Positions 53,259 through 64,000 of a DNA stretch of 64,000 nucleotides are shown here, in pieces. This stretch comes from Phoronis australis (lineage: Eukaryota > Animalia > Phoronida): assembly GCA_002633005.1 (NCBI GenBank), contig NMRA01000066.1, forward strand, positions 630,940-694,939, read 5' to 3'. Positions within the stretch are counted from its first letter, which is position 1, and every line of letters starts with the position of its first letter. The notes beneath the pieces are model-generated. The model was given only the letters and a program-made list of their open reading frames with translations. It was not told the origin of the DNA and made no database searches. A program made the position numbers and the translations under genes.

Positions 53259-56200
53259 CTTGACCGCACGGCAGAATGAGATAAAGTACAACACATATCC
53301 TTCACAACCCCCTTGTTTGTATGCAAGTACATGCGAGATCGCGATGTCATGACCTTGTCATAACCTCAGTTTTGTTCTGCAACGCGGAACACTTCATTTT
53401 AAAAAGTCACAAATTTCATTTTTTGATGTTCCTTACATACCGGAAAGAAAAGGTAATTTATGTCGAGAAAATTCACTTGTCCATAATGAATGAACCAGCC
53501 TAGATTCCCTGGCTCCTTTTAAAAAGTCTGCAGACCTTGGCGTCCAGTTTAACCATGCTGTGTCTCATTAAAACCGTGAATATTCGAATTCGTAACAAGC
53601 CCACCAAGTGATTTCCTGGAGAACTGTTTGTCCAAGTATAATCGGGTAAAGAGAGTTTTCTAAATAAATTGTAGTCTTAAAGAAAACGCCACTACTGATA
53701 CACTTTATAAATGAAATAAACAAATAATAAAAACTATGCCTCGTTTCATTAGGGTAGAGTCAATGCTGTATGGAATTTCCCAGGGTTTTCCTGTGTCGTC
53801 CTAAGAAGTTTTCACTGCTAAAGACGTAAAATATTATGATGCTTAATGTTGTCCAAGGTGACGGCAAACTGAAATTACAGAACGAATGCTTTAGTTGTGG
53901 TCACAGTAAGGAGTGTCGGCCGAGTAGTCAGACTTCAGTTGTCGGTGGCCTTCAGGTTCCATACATACTAAGATCTTGTACAGACTTAACTATAGAGACA
54001 TTTTAAGTGGATCTGTTTCGATGCAGAGTGCTGCAGGAAAATTAGGATACCTACCCGTTTATGGAATAATTGAATGTAGAAATTCATGATAATTTCCACA
54101 TCATTGTTCCAGAACATAACAGAGAATGTTTTTATTATTCGTTTCTTTCACTACCAAATAACGATTTCGTCATATTTGGAACTACTAGGATTTTTTGTTC
54201 CATTTATTTTCAGTGTATCAGTTGTGGTGCTGTTTAAACCGCGATTTATTTACTGCACATACTAGCTGGAACCTGTGCTCTGCACGATTACCAGCTTGTG
54301 TAAGGGAATCAGCTTTAGCCGGGTTTACTCTACACATAGGAAGTTGCCCTGGTGATACATGCATGAGGAAACAAAAATATCACCTAAAAGGTGTGGTGTT
54401 ATCAATGCTTTTAAGTATTATTTGCTATTGCCATCCAACTTTTTGTTTATCGCATTTCATTCTTTGTCGAAAGTCCGTTTTTATAGTTATTTCACTGCAC
54501 ACAAATGTGATGTCGGTAACACCACAAAGTACAAACCTCAAATTCTCACGTACAGATCTATATGTGAATGTGTGTTTCGCGTGTTTAGCTGTAGCGAACA
54601 AAGTCTTCACGGACAATCAAATTAGCTTGGTGCTGTTCCCATCACATTAGATTTTTGTTGGATCGTTGTGCGAACATAATGTGGAAAAGAGAAGTGCAGT
54701 GGCCATGGAATATAGAATATAGCAGCTTCCGCGGAACACATGCCTCACACTTTGTTGTCTTCCAACAAATGGAGTCTAACCACACACCTCTTTCAACGTT
54801 TCCAGTACCTGGCCCTGTATTGCACGCAGATATTCAAATGATGTTCCATTGGGTTCATGGAGGTTTTGTGCACTAATCATGATCGTAGGCAGTAAAGTTC
54901 AAAGACCTTCGCCCAATAAAATTTTTTGCTTCCTAATTTCCATTTATGAAGATGAAGTTTTCAACTAATAATCGATATTTTTAAATAATTATTTACAAAA
55001 AGGCATTTCTAATCTTGTGTTGTTGTTTTCGTAGTAACCGGTGGCTGTAGAAGAGAAAAGAAAAACAACGATCAAATATACTTGGAGCCATAATACATCA
55101 GTGTTCTCCACGACCAGTTTTAGCTCGTCACTTCATCAGGGTAGCCTTCAATAATGCTATTTTAGGTTAATAGACAGCGCACAACAAGAAACGTTGTGCA
55201 CTGACACCTGTCCTTTAGAATTATTTGCTACAAGTGACTGATTGCTAAAGTTTAATAACTGTCAATTCCACGTCATGAGACAATACACAATAGAGAAACT
55301 TTCATTACACCAGACGTTCACTCATTTGGGATTCATTTATTCATATTACTGAATGCACTCTGGCGTTCAGACACTTGCATTAATTTTACATAAATATGTA
55401 CGATGTCCCATAAAGTATCGGTAAATAAAAAAGTGTTACAGAAATACAGTCAATTCATTTATCCCTTATATGTGAGAATACAGCCATTGAATACGCCGTG
55501 AAATATACCATTGAATACGGAAAGTGAAGCCAGTAAATTTACATTGTTCGAGACCTTATTTCTCGGTTGGTTTAGAGTCTCCTGGTGAAGTAAATTCATG
55601 TGTACGACGGCAAATTTTGATTGGGCTCGTTCCTTTGTTCTATTTAAAAATAGTACGACGCGTCGTTCTTGAAAAAGTAGCAACTACAACTCTAAAACTA
55701 TGAACTTTCAGCAAAGAATACTTATGAAAACTGCTACGCACAGTGATCAGCTGGCTAATTTTAGGCTTCGCTAGTTTTAAGCTGGTTCATCATCAATATG
55801 TAAATGAACTACATGACGGCCCCAACAAAAACAGGCAAACATCTAATTCAAATCAAACAAAAAATTTTTGTTATTAACGCATACAGTATATCTACACTGA
55901 GAACTTTTAAGTTTAAAAATATATGCAGGAAATTGCGACCTAATATCTAGACAGGCGATGAAAGCCAACTCGCTGGTTCCCTGCGTGAAGAGAACACACG
56001 CAGGTACTATTCAGTAGCACGCACTTCATCACTGGTTGATGTAACCTCGGCAGTCATTGGTTAGCTTTGCAACAAAGTGGGAAAGTGGCGGACTATGAAC
56101 GATTTTTAGCCTTGTCATGCAATTGGCGTAGCAGCAACTATTTCGTTTCAGCAGTAATGTTTAATAGCCGCTTGCTTGAAACACTGTAAAATAAACACGC

Positions 56201-57324
56201 ATCTGGCCGATTTAACCGGTGTGTTATTCATACTGTATGAATACAGAACAGCAACGTAAACAAAAGTCAGCAACAGTACAAAGATGCACTCCGAAAAGGC
56301 GCAAACGCAATTTTCTGGTATTCACATTTCTTGAACATGAATGTTAAGCACCGATTTGTCAGTAAAACAGATAACCTTAATTTACACTTCCTCCATCAGT
56401 CATGCCAGTTAGTTTGCGTCAAGCGCTATCTTTTGAGAATTTGACCAGCCAATCAGTAAGGCCGGGGTAAGAAAAATTCTCGAGGAAAATTAAATGATAC
56501 CTGCGTGATGGCTACCACCTAGCGGCAGGCAGGGAACAAGCGAGTGAAAGCCAATGGCTCCATGTATGACGTCACCACAACCTGGGCCCATCTCATCAAT
56601 TGCACCCCTTGCCTTTGCCTATTGATACTCATTACCAACAAACATGAAACATTACATATTAAAAAGCACCACCATGATTATAGAACACACAGAATTTCAC
56701 GAAGACTGGAAATGTTATTTTTTCTTTCGGCTTCTGTGTTTACACTTGGCGACGTCAATCATAAGACTTCTAGTTTTTATCGACTACCATTGCAATTCTC
56801 GACCTAAAAGGCAGCGTATTTTTTCTATTGCAAAAGGGAGCCTTATGAATCAGAGGCAAACCTATCACTGCACTACTTAAGTTGACTTTTCGCCAGCAGA
56901 TGTCAAAGCGAGCAAAAGTGGCAACAATGGCACGATATAGGGTAGAATGCACAAACCAAGAATTGTACCCATTTAAACGATTACAATTTACTCCGGCTTC
57001 AGAAACCTGCGCAAAATTCAGTTCCATGCACACGTCATTGCCTGCTGGCATGGCCGTTTCGCGGTCGACGGAGAGAGGTGGGTAAAAAGCATTCGCTGTC
57101 ATCATGAATATCCGCCAGTAGTGCCGTCAGCTACAGGGCCTTGTACCGTCTGTCGAACCTGAGGTGCACACTTCGCTGGGATGCCACTGTATTGGGGCAC
57201 GACGTGACAGCTTGCACCCAGTTTCACCTTGGGTGGTCTGCTTGCCCAGGACGACTTATCACGTACTTGGCCACTACCGACCCGCTACTTTTATTCGTAA
57301 ACCCTGCACTTTGCAGAAAACGCT

Positions 57325-57925
57325 CTTCTAGTGAAACCGACAACAAAAATTGACCGATAAATGGTGCATTTCTCGAGACTCCAAAAATTTCAACGACCCA
57401 TTTCTGAAACCGGTAACAATCGCCGATAAACGCTGCGTGCTTTTCTTGGCACCTTTTAAGAAAATTTTAAGAAATTCACTGAGGCCAGCCCGGTTACGTG
57501 GCTGTGGACCACATAGCGAGTCGGCAACGTGGGAACTTGCCACACCGGCCACTTTCGCTAATTTTGTAGGATTTCGGGATGTATGCTTGCCGAGATAGCT
57601 TTTATGCCCAAGACCGACAGGCTGTATTTTGGGGGCCATTCAAGGCCCGCCGTTTGCAGAAGACTCACTTCTGAAACCGTGACAACGATAGGGCTTTTCT
57701 CGGGACCCATATCTAAAATCGACAACAATAGCCGATAAGCGGTGCATTTCTCGGAAATTAGCTTGCCACACCGGCCAGCTTGCGCTTACGTCAATTTTGG
57801 GTGTTTGCTTGCCGAGGTTGTCTCACTGCACACGACAGACCGGCAAGATTTGGGTAGCCACCCCCTGCCTGCCTTTTGTACTACACCTTCTGAAACCGAC
57901 AGCACAAGCCGATAAACGGTGCTTT
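57325..57925. repeat. Cluster of degenerate direct repeats (ctgaaaccgacaacaa..gccgataaacggtgc)
   Basis: Motif recurs at ~57330, 57403, 57671, 57715 and 57890; cttgccacaccggcc occurs twice (~57536, ~57762). Confidence 0.55.
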
Positions 57926-58224
57926 TGAGTGTTATGACATGGCCATGGCTTGCGATCTGGCAAATCTACAAACAAGGTGCTTATGAGGTACACTTTTTCA
58001 TTCTGTCGGGCGGCAAAAAAAGCAGTTTATAAGTGAAGCAACTTCTTAGCACTCTGTTGACATACTGTAGCACACGTCCTAAATGTATACTTTATGTTTG
58101 TGATTTATAAATTGTTATCAAATGCCCTTCCCTTCCTTTCTATCGTTTTAAGGGTGTTTGTAAAGGAGTATTTGACATTGACAAACTTATAAGACATTTG
58201 AATGTTTGATTTCAAATAACGTGA

Positions 58225-58745
58225 CTGTTAAACCGTGACACATCTTACGACCTTCGATAAATCAAGCAAGATGTCAAGCGAACTACTTTCTGATACTTGC
58301 CTTGCACCTACATGTAATCTTCCTGACTTTCACTGATCTTTTTGTGAATGCACTCCTGGGATACGTTCCGTAGAGACAGTTTTGTGCGAGAAAACGACAT
58401 CACGCAAGTCTTCGCGAGATGTCGCCGTGTACTACAGGCGATCGTAAGGGAATTGTGTCAAAAATTAAATCGCGAGCTGTTTGTATTTAATTGGAGGTTA
58501 TGCGAACATAAAGTGCCAAAAAAGACGCAAAGCAGCCGCTGAAGCAATGCAGCATAATGGTCTACGATTGAAATGTACATTCAGAGTGCAATCGTGATCT
58601 AGAAATTGGTGCACTTTCAAGAATGTCAGATTGCGCAATTTCTTATGTGACAATCTTGATAACGAAAAAGTTTTCGACTCCTTGATTTCATTTCGCAGAG
58701 TGGTATCAAGAACAAAATGTTAAAGACAAAAATTGACGGGGTTAT
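58225..58745 (+). mobile_element. Diverged copy of the interspersed repeat at 18140-18650
   Basis: Colinear similarity including gaaaacgacatcacgcaagtcttcgcgagat and aaagacgcaaagcagccgct. Confidence 0.65.
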
Positions 58746-60273
58746 TTAATGATACTTCTATGCATAATTGACCTATTGGTACGAGCTATGGTAATGTGGT
58801 TATAAAACAATAAAACTGGTGAAAAATATTATTGTTGAACAGTCGTGAATAGTATTACACAGAAGCCTTAGCACACATTTACGCCAGAAGCAACATTTTA
58901 GTTTCTTGACAATTCACCAGATAGCTTACCTGCTTCAACCATTTTGCCATAAGTCAATTGTTTCATTTGAGGCTCGATTACGTTTCGTCCTCAGAATCCA
59001 TCGTTTGGGGGAATCGGGGTGATGTGATATCCGTAACCGATGCGGAATTTGCATATCTCTCCCATGTCCTTCCCACAAAGACAAAAGCGTAGATTCATGT
59101 GCATCAAGTAATCAACAAACGGGCACACGCACGTTATCCGAGAATTAAGTACAAACTTCTCACCGAAAAAAATACTAGTTTCAAAAAGCGAGAGAACGTG
59201 CGGGACGCTTTCCATTTGCACAAGCAAAATGGCCCATAATGAAATAGATAGCGATGCGAGTTATGGAAGTTTATTTCTGTTTCATGAAAAAATACTTCTC
59301 CCGGAAGTGTGTAACGATTGCACATCGTGAAACATGACAACGTTCGAGAGGACCTCGCCAGAGGACGTCATTTAGGTGGCCCGTTCAACGTTACTGTTTG
59401 TTTGCAAACATCGTGTTGAGAACAACACCATTTACAATACGCTGCTCCATCCTTATTCTTCCTCAGTACAGTGGGCGTTTTGATGCCCTATCTTCTAGCG
59501 TTCACATAGTATGGTGCGTAAAGTCTATTATCCCCTTGGACGTATGAACATGGAGAGGTGATAAAACCGTGCTTCCATATATTGCTTCAAAATTGTCTAG
59601 ACTATGAAAATAGTCCAATAATCCAAAATTGTAAATTCTTTCGGATGAAGGCTTTAATGATGTCGTGCACGGGTGATTAGTCAACCGACGTACTTGCACA
59701 CAATTTTAAATGCATTCTAAGATAATAAATCAACAAAACATGCATAGAAAGCGTGTATTTGTAATGTCTAGCAAATCAAATATGGCTGCTACTGTATAAA
59801 CACGGCTCACTTCATTCAAAAACAAGTTTTTGCTAAAATCAACTGTAGTCAGGAAACTGGTCAAAGTTATACCTTACATAGATAAGACTCGAACTCTCGT
59901 CTAATTGAGAAGAACTGACATCTTAATGTTGCTTTAGGGCATTGCAAGTATGTTGCTTTGTCACATTTTGTGCATGATATTGAACTATAACGCATTACAT
60001 CACTGAATTCTTTCCGAGACTAGGTATCTTTTGTCATTTGAGTGTGGAACAAGTCGAAATCAGTTTTACACCTGTTCACGCTTTAAATAAAAAGTCATAT
60101 TTTTCGACGGAAGGAGGTCTCATTGTATCTTTTTATGTTTCGTTAAGCAAGGTAAGTACAATATGAATATCATTAGTCTTGCACATGATGGAATCTTCTG
60201 ACGAATTTGCAAACAGAGATACTTATGTTTCGAGCCGGTCGGAGTGTCCATAAATGTCATCAGTTGCTACTGG

Positions 60274-63200
60274 TCAATTTCCATGGTTGCCGCACTTACG
60301 GCAATGACATGTAGGGCAGCCGTTTTTGTCGTAGATCCTGCCGCATGGACATCTGTTTTTACACAGAGGGGGGCACGTTGGACACGGTTTGCACTTGCAG
60401 ATGGGACAACCCTCATCCATGACGTTACCGCATGGACAGAATATCTTGCAGACGGGAGGACATTGTTTGACTGGAACTTAAAGGAAAGAAAAATTGGAAC
60501 AAGCTGAAGCTTATGGAACCAGGAGGCATCACTTCCTGATATCAACGTAAGTTGGCCTCAGCACGGTTGTTATTCAGATATCATTTCACTGGTAATGGTA
60601 ATCTATCGTATAGCCATTTTAGTTACCGACAATCAGGCTCTAAATGACGTCATTTATGATCAATCAAATGTCGACAATCTTCCCTTACCCAACGTACTCA
60701 TAACGATATCACAACATTCATTGCTCTTGATTGGGATTTGTCAACGCCTGATCGTCACTCTGTCAGCAAACAAATCCCAATCACGTTTTATGCCCCTTGA
60801 CGTCATTATTTACTAGACCCTGAAAGTTTCAATTTATATCGTCACTCGATTGCCAATACCACCACGATGTGACAGAAATAGCAATTTTCTCTCGTGTGTG
60901 GTATTTGTAGGTACGGCTGTGTTGGGATACATCACAAGGCAGACAAGGGAATGTCCAGGAAATGGCTTTTGGCGTACACAAACATCTACTAAGTATTTCC
61001 GAAAGTTGACTCTTTATATAGTGGGTCAGAAAATATCCTACAACATAGCAAATTTTGGGACAAATTGTATTTTGAAAATGTCAACTTCCATCCAAAAGAC
61101 GCCCACTCAAAAGAAGAAGTTTGGATCAACGCATTTTAGATAGGTGTTAATGACTGTTAAGTAAACTACGCTCATAAATTCAGACTTTTTAAAGTTTTAA
61201 AAGCTCTTTCGTGCATTTTATATAATAGTTGGAACTTTTACTCTGGATTGTAAATTTTCGTGTGCGACGAAGAATCAAAGTTGGTTTAAAGATGATATCC
61301 TTCGTGCCAATTGCCGTTTCTTTATGCTTAAGAAGTTTGGTTGTCTTAAGTGGAAGATCATTGTAACATCTTACATATATGCAGAGCATCAAACAATTTT
61401 TTTTCTAAAAAAGAGAAAGATCCTTTTCAACATCGGGTCTCTATTGCGGGGACACTTCCAAAATTATTTAGGTGAAGGAAGCAGGGAACAAGGGGTGAGC
61501 ACCCCCTCAACCAAAATGTTGGAAGGCTGATACAAGTTTTCGACCCCAATTATTCCGGATAGTAATGACTATAAATTAATTATTCAACGTTTGGAGACGC
61601 AAACTCTGTTTTAAAATAAAACTGAAAATAGAACACTCTCCCCCCACCATCGAATTCTTCCTACGCCTATGTAAAAAAAGCATCGATTGATGTAAAATTA
61701 AATGTGAAATTAATTTTTTCAAAAGACAGAAAGATCTGTTGACAATTTTTGCATTATGAATAGTAAAAATTGGGGGAAATTCACTAAAATCTTTCACGCT
61801 TATTTTAGAAAAGATTTTCGGATTGAGATTAATGTTTTACTATACCGTAAGTGATTTTGATTGTTATACTTCATTAATTAATGAAACTTCATCATTTCGG
61901 TAGAGTTTTCTAATGCTACTAAGTCTGCAAGTGATGATAACAACTTTTAGTCGTCTGACTTTCTTACCCAAACACCACACAACTTGCACGCATGCTGCTG
62001 GAGAATCCCTTCTGAACACCGAAATATTTCCCAACAACCTTCACGCATATGAAAATTGCGACAATCCACAGAGCTGAATTCTTCGAGTTCTATGGTTTTT
62101 AATAACAAATGTTGATCATTTTAAATTGAGGTTGGTATATAATAGGGGCGCTTGCAAACTGAAATAAATCAATTTGACTGCTGTAAACTTTCCTATCGTA
62201 GCAATAATTGAACTTAAATATTAGAAAGTGTTCCACTGTATATAAAATCCAACATGTTAGTTTTTATAAAAAAGCACTGCACGCGGCGATAAAGGGGAAG
62301 ATTGGTCAAACTTACCACACATACATTCTCTTCTCTGGGCAAAGAACCAGATCGTCTGTCTACCGTGTGGTGTCCCACGTCTGCATCTGCCTTGGGCAAG
62401 AAAGCTGACGACGCGTGTCAGACATTTTCCCAGCGGACGGAAGTTACACACAGCACTGCAGAATGGTCAAAACATTACCTGGGACACGATGATATTATCT
62501 TGTCTATGTTAAGGTGCTGGTTAAAAACAATTTGAGTTGTCTAATACAGACCAACACCTTGCCTTGTGTAACTACAGAGTTTATTAGTTGAATGTGGGCA
62601 ATACCACTCAGGTGGCTGGTATTTCAGAAAAAATTAAAATACCTCTCGACTTTTGGTTTTGTAGTTCAAATGCAAGATAAAAAGGGAAGAGCGAACTGCA
62701 GAGGAAGAGGGGAGGTAGGTAGGTGAGCGGGNAGAGGGGGAAAGGTGTCAGGGAGAGAGAAAGCAGAAAAATTCTTGTGAGTCGACCTCTACTACAATCT
62801 CTAAAAGTGATTTAAGTCACAATCAGATCCGCCCAGTATGATGCCATTAAATTAGTGAATGCCTTTCCGGATAAAGTCAAAGATGCTAAAACCTTTGCTG
62901 CGTTTAATTGACTTTGAAGGCCCCACCTGTCATCACAGTTGTAAAAACCATACTTAAAAATCCATTGCGACTGGGTTATTCATTTCTAATTCATAATTAT
63001 TTTAGACGATTACTGATTAGACGGAGTTATTCATTTCTGATCTACAATCATTTTAGATGACAATGTTAAAAACTAACATGAGTGGACCTACGTAAATGTA
63101 AACATAAGTTTAGTTAATTAAACCGTGTGATTATTTGTTCTATTAACATGATGTATCATACTCTAGTAAGTTGTAAAGATATGTTGTTGGGGCTACCCAA

Positions 63201-64000
63201 CCCAGCCCGATCTACTTCTCACTAATGACATGCTTTATGGGTAAATAAACGTATTGAAAAAAAACATGGGTGCATTCGTGAGCCCTTTAAAATCACACGC
63301 AAGCCTTTTGTTTTTAAGCAAGGACGCGATTGAGGCGTAAAACGATGTGAGTGCACACCAGAACAGAGTATTCTATTTTGACCTTAACTCAGAATTTGTT
63401 TTTGCGTTTTATTTCCTCTGCTTGATCGTGAACAAGCAAACTTACATTTTATTTCTTTTCCCCTGTTTCTGAGCCACTCTGGTTGACCAACTTCAGGACC
63501 ATGAGTTCAAAATAAATTTCGGGAACCGAAGGGTAACATTCATAACACTGCTGTGCCACTCCTCGCGTACTGTAGGTCCATCAAATGTGTGTCATTTAAT
63601 GTACCTAATGATAACTGTGGGTTGTCACATCGAGAGTCGGAATGTGAAAATGAATTTGCGACCAGCCTCGATACACACATATAATGACTTTTATTCATTT
63701 TGTATTACAAAAACGTATCTCAATAAGAATGACCATCCACTTACGTTTTCGGACGACATACTGTGTTTTTTACAGGCCTAGCGTAATACACCCCTCTGAA
63801 AGACCGGGAATAGTAGGTTCGCTTTTTACACGGGCGGGCAGGTTTATGCCAATTTGCAAATTGTCGAGTCTCAAGATCATCTTGCGATTCTTTCTCCATG
63901 CTTGTATCTTTAGCTGTAAAGTTTTCAGCAAACATCTCCCCGGTGTTTCTTATGTCGAAGTCACCTAGTCCATCGTTAGCCTCATTCGTGACGTCATCCG
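60274..64000 (-). CDS. Secreted Cys-rich precursor, copy B (5' end outside window)
   Basis: Exons (minus): >64000-63745, 62455-62316, 60470-60274; the last two have the same lengths and phases as in copy A. ...DDVTNEANDGLGDFDIRNTGEMFAENFTAKDTSMEKESQDDLETR/QFANWHKPARPCKKRTYYSRSFRGVYYARPVKNTVCRPKTAVCNFRPLGKCLTRVVSFLAQGRCRRGTPHGRQTIWFFAQRRECMCVKQCPPVCKIFCPCGNVMDEGCPICKCKPCPTCPPLCKNRCPCGRIYDKNGCPTCHCRKCGNHGN*. Confidence 0.85.
63085..63262 (+). mobile_element. 5'-truncated non-LTR retroposon 3' end with poly(A) tail and 10-bp TSD
   Basis: Ends taaataaacgtattgaaaaaa; flanked by aacatgagtg (63075-63084) and aacatgggtg (63263-63272). Copy A has the empty site (a single aacatgagtg at ~48442). Confidence 0.7.

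Larger units (their letters stand above)
43380..64000. repeat. Diverged tandem segmental duplication carrying the secreted Cys-rich gene (~43400-49250 vs ~59000-64000+)
   Basis: Colinear similarity across 3' flank, exons and introns (43590 vs 59340, 44500 vs 60205, 46430 vs 61315, 47440 vs 62310, 48920 vs 63740), with many substitutions and copy-specific insertions. Confidence 0.85.

Noticed and set aside
53300-59300. Numerous 60-150-aa ORFs
   Set aside because: No recognisable domains, no phase-consistent exon chain found, and composition typical of random AT-rich non-coding DNA.

Overview
Eukaryotic, intron-rich, AT-rich invertebrate animal DNA; the ORF track is largely uninformative because the genes are spliced. 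Hand-assembling exons by GT/GC-AG boundaries and phase gives four protein-coding loci. (1) A 5'-incomplete + strand gene of 20 exons (478-20057, at least 1360 aa): five ~160-aa beta-rich repeats, an F5/8-type C (discoidin) domain, two Asp-boxes, ending in WDEL. (2) A convergent - strand 9-exon gene (34241-23577, ~460 aa): a JMJD8-like JmjC domain that has lost all three Fe ligands, followed by TPR-like repeats, ending in SSEL. (3, 4) Two tandem paralogs on the - strand (53258-44569, 215 aa; >64000-60274) encoding a secreted precursor: signal peptide, acidic propeptide, basic cleavage site, a cationic 7-Cys domain with Spaetzle/neurotrophin-like cystine-knot spacing, and two 8-Cys antistasin-like modules whose putative P1 residue differs between copies. 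The window also holds a decayed ~5.8-kb AcademX-type DNA transposon, several MITE/foldback elements, a Penelope-like GIY-YIG remnant, a truncated non-LTR insertion with TSD, and two single-N-junction duplications that are probably assembly artefacts. All family calls come from motif recognition by eye; no database searches were run.
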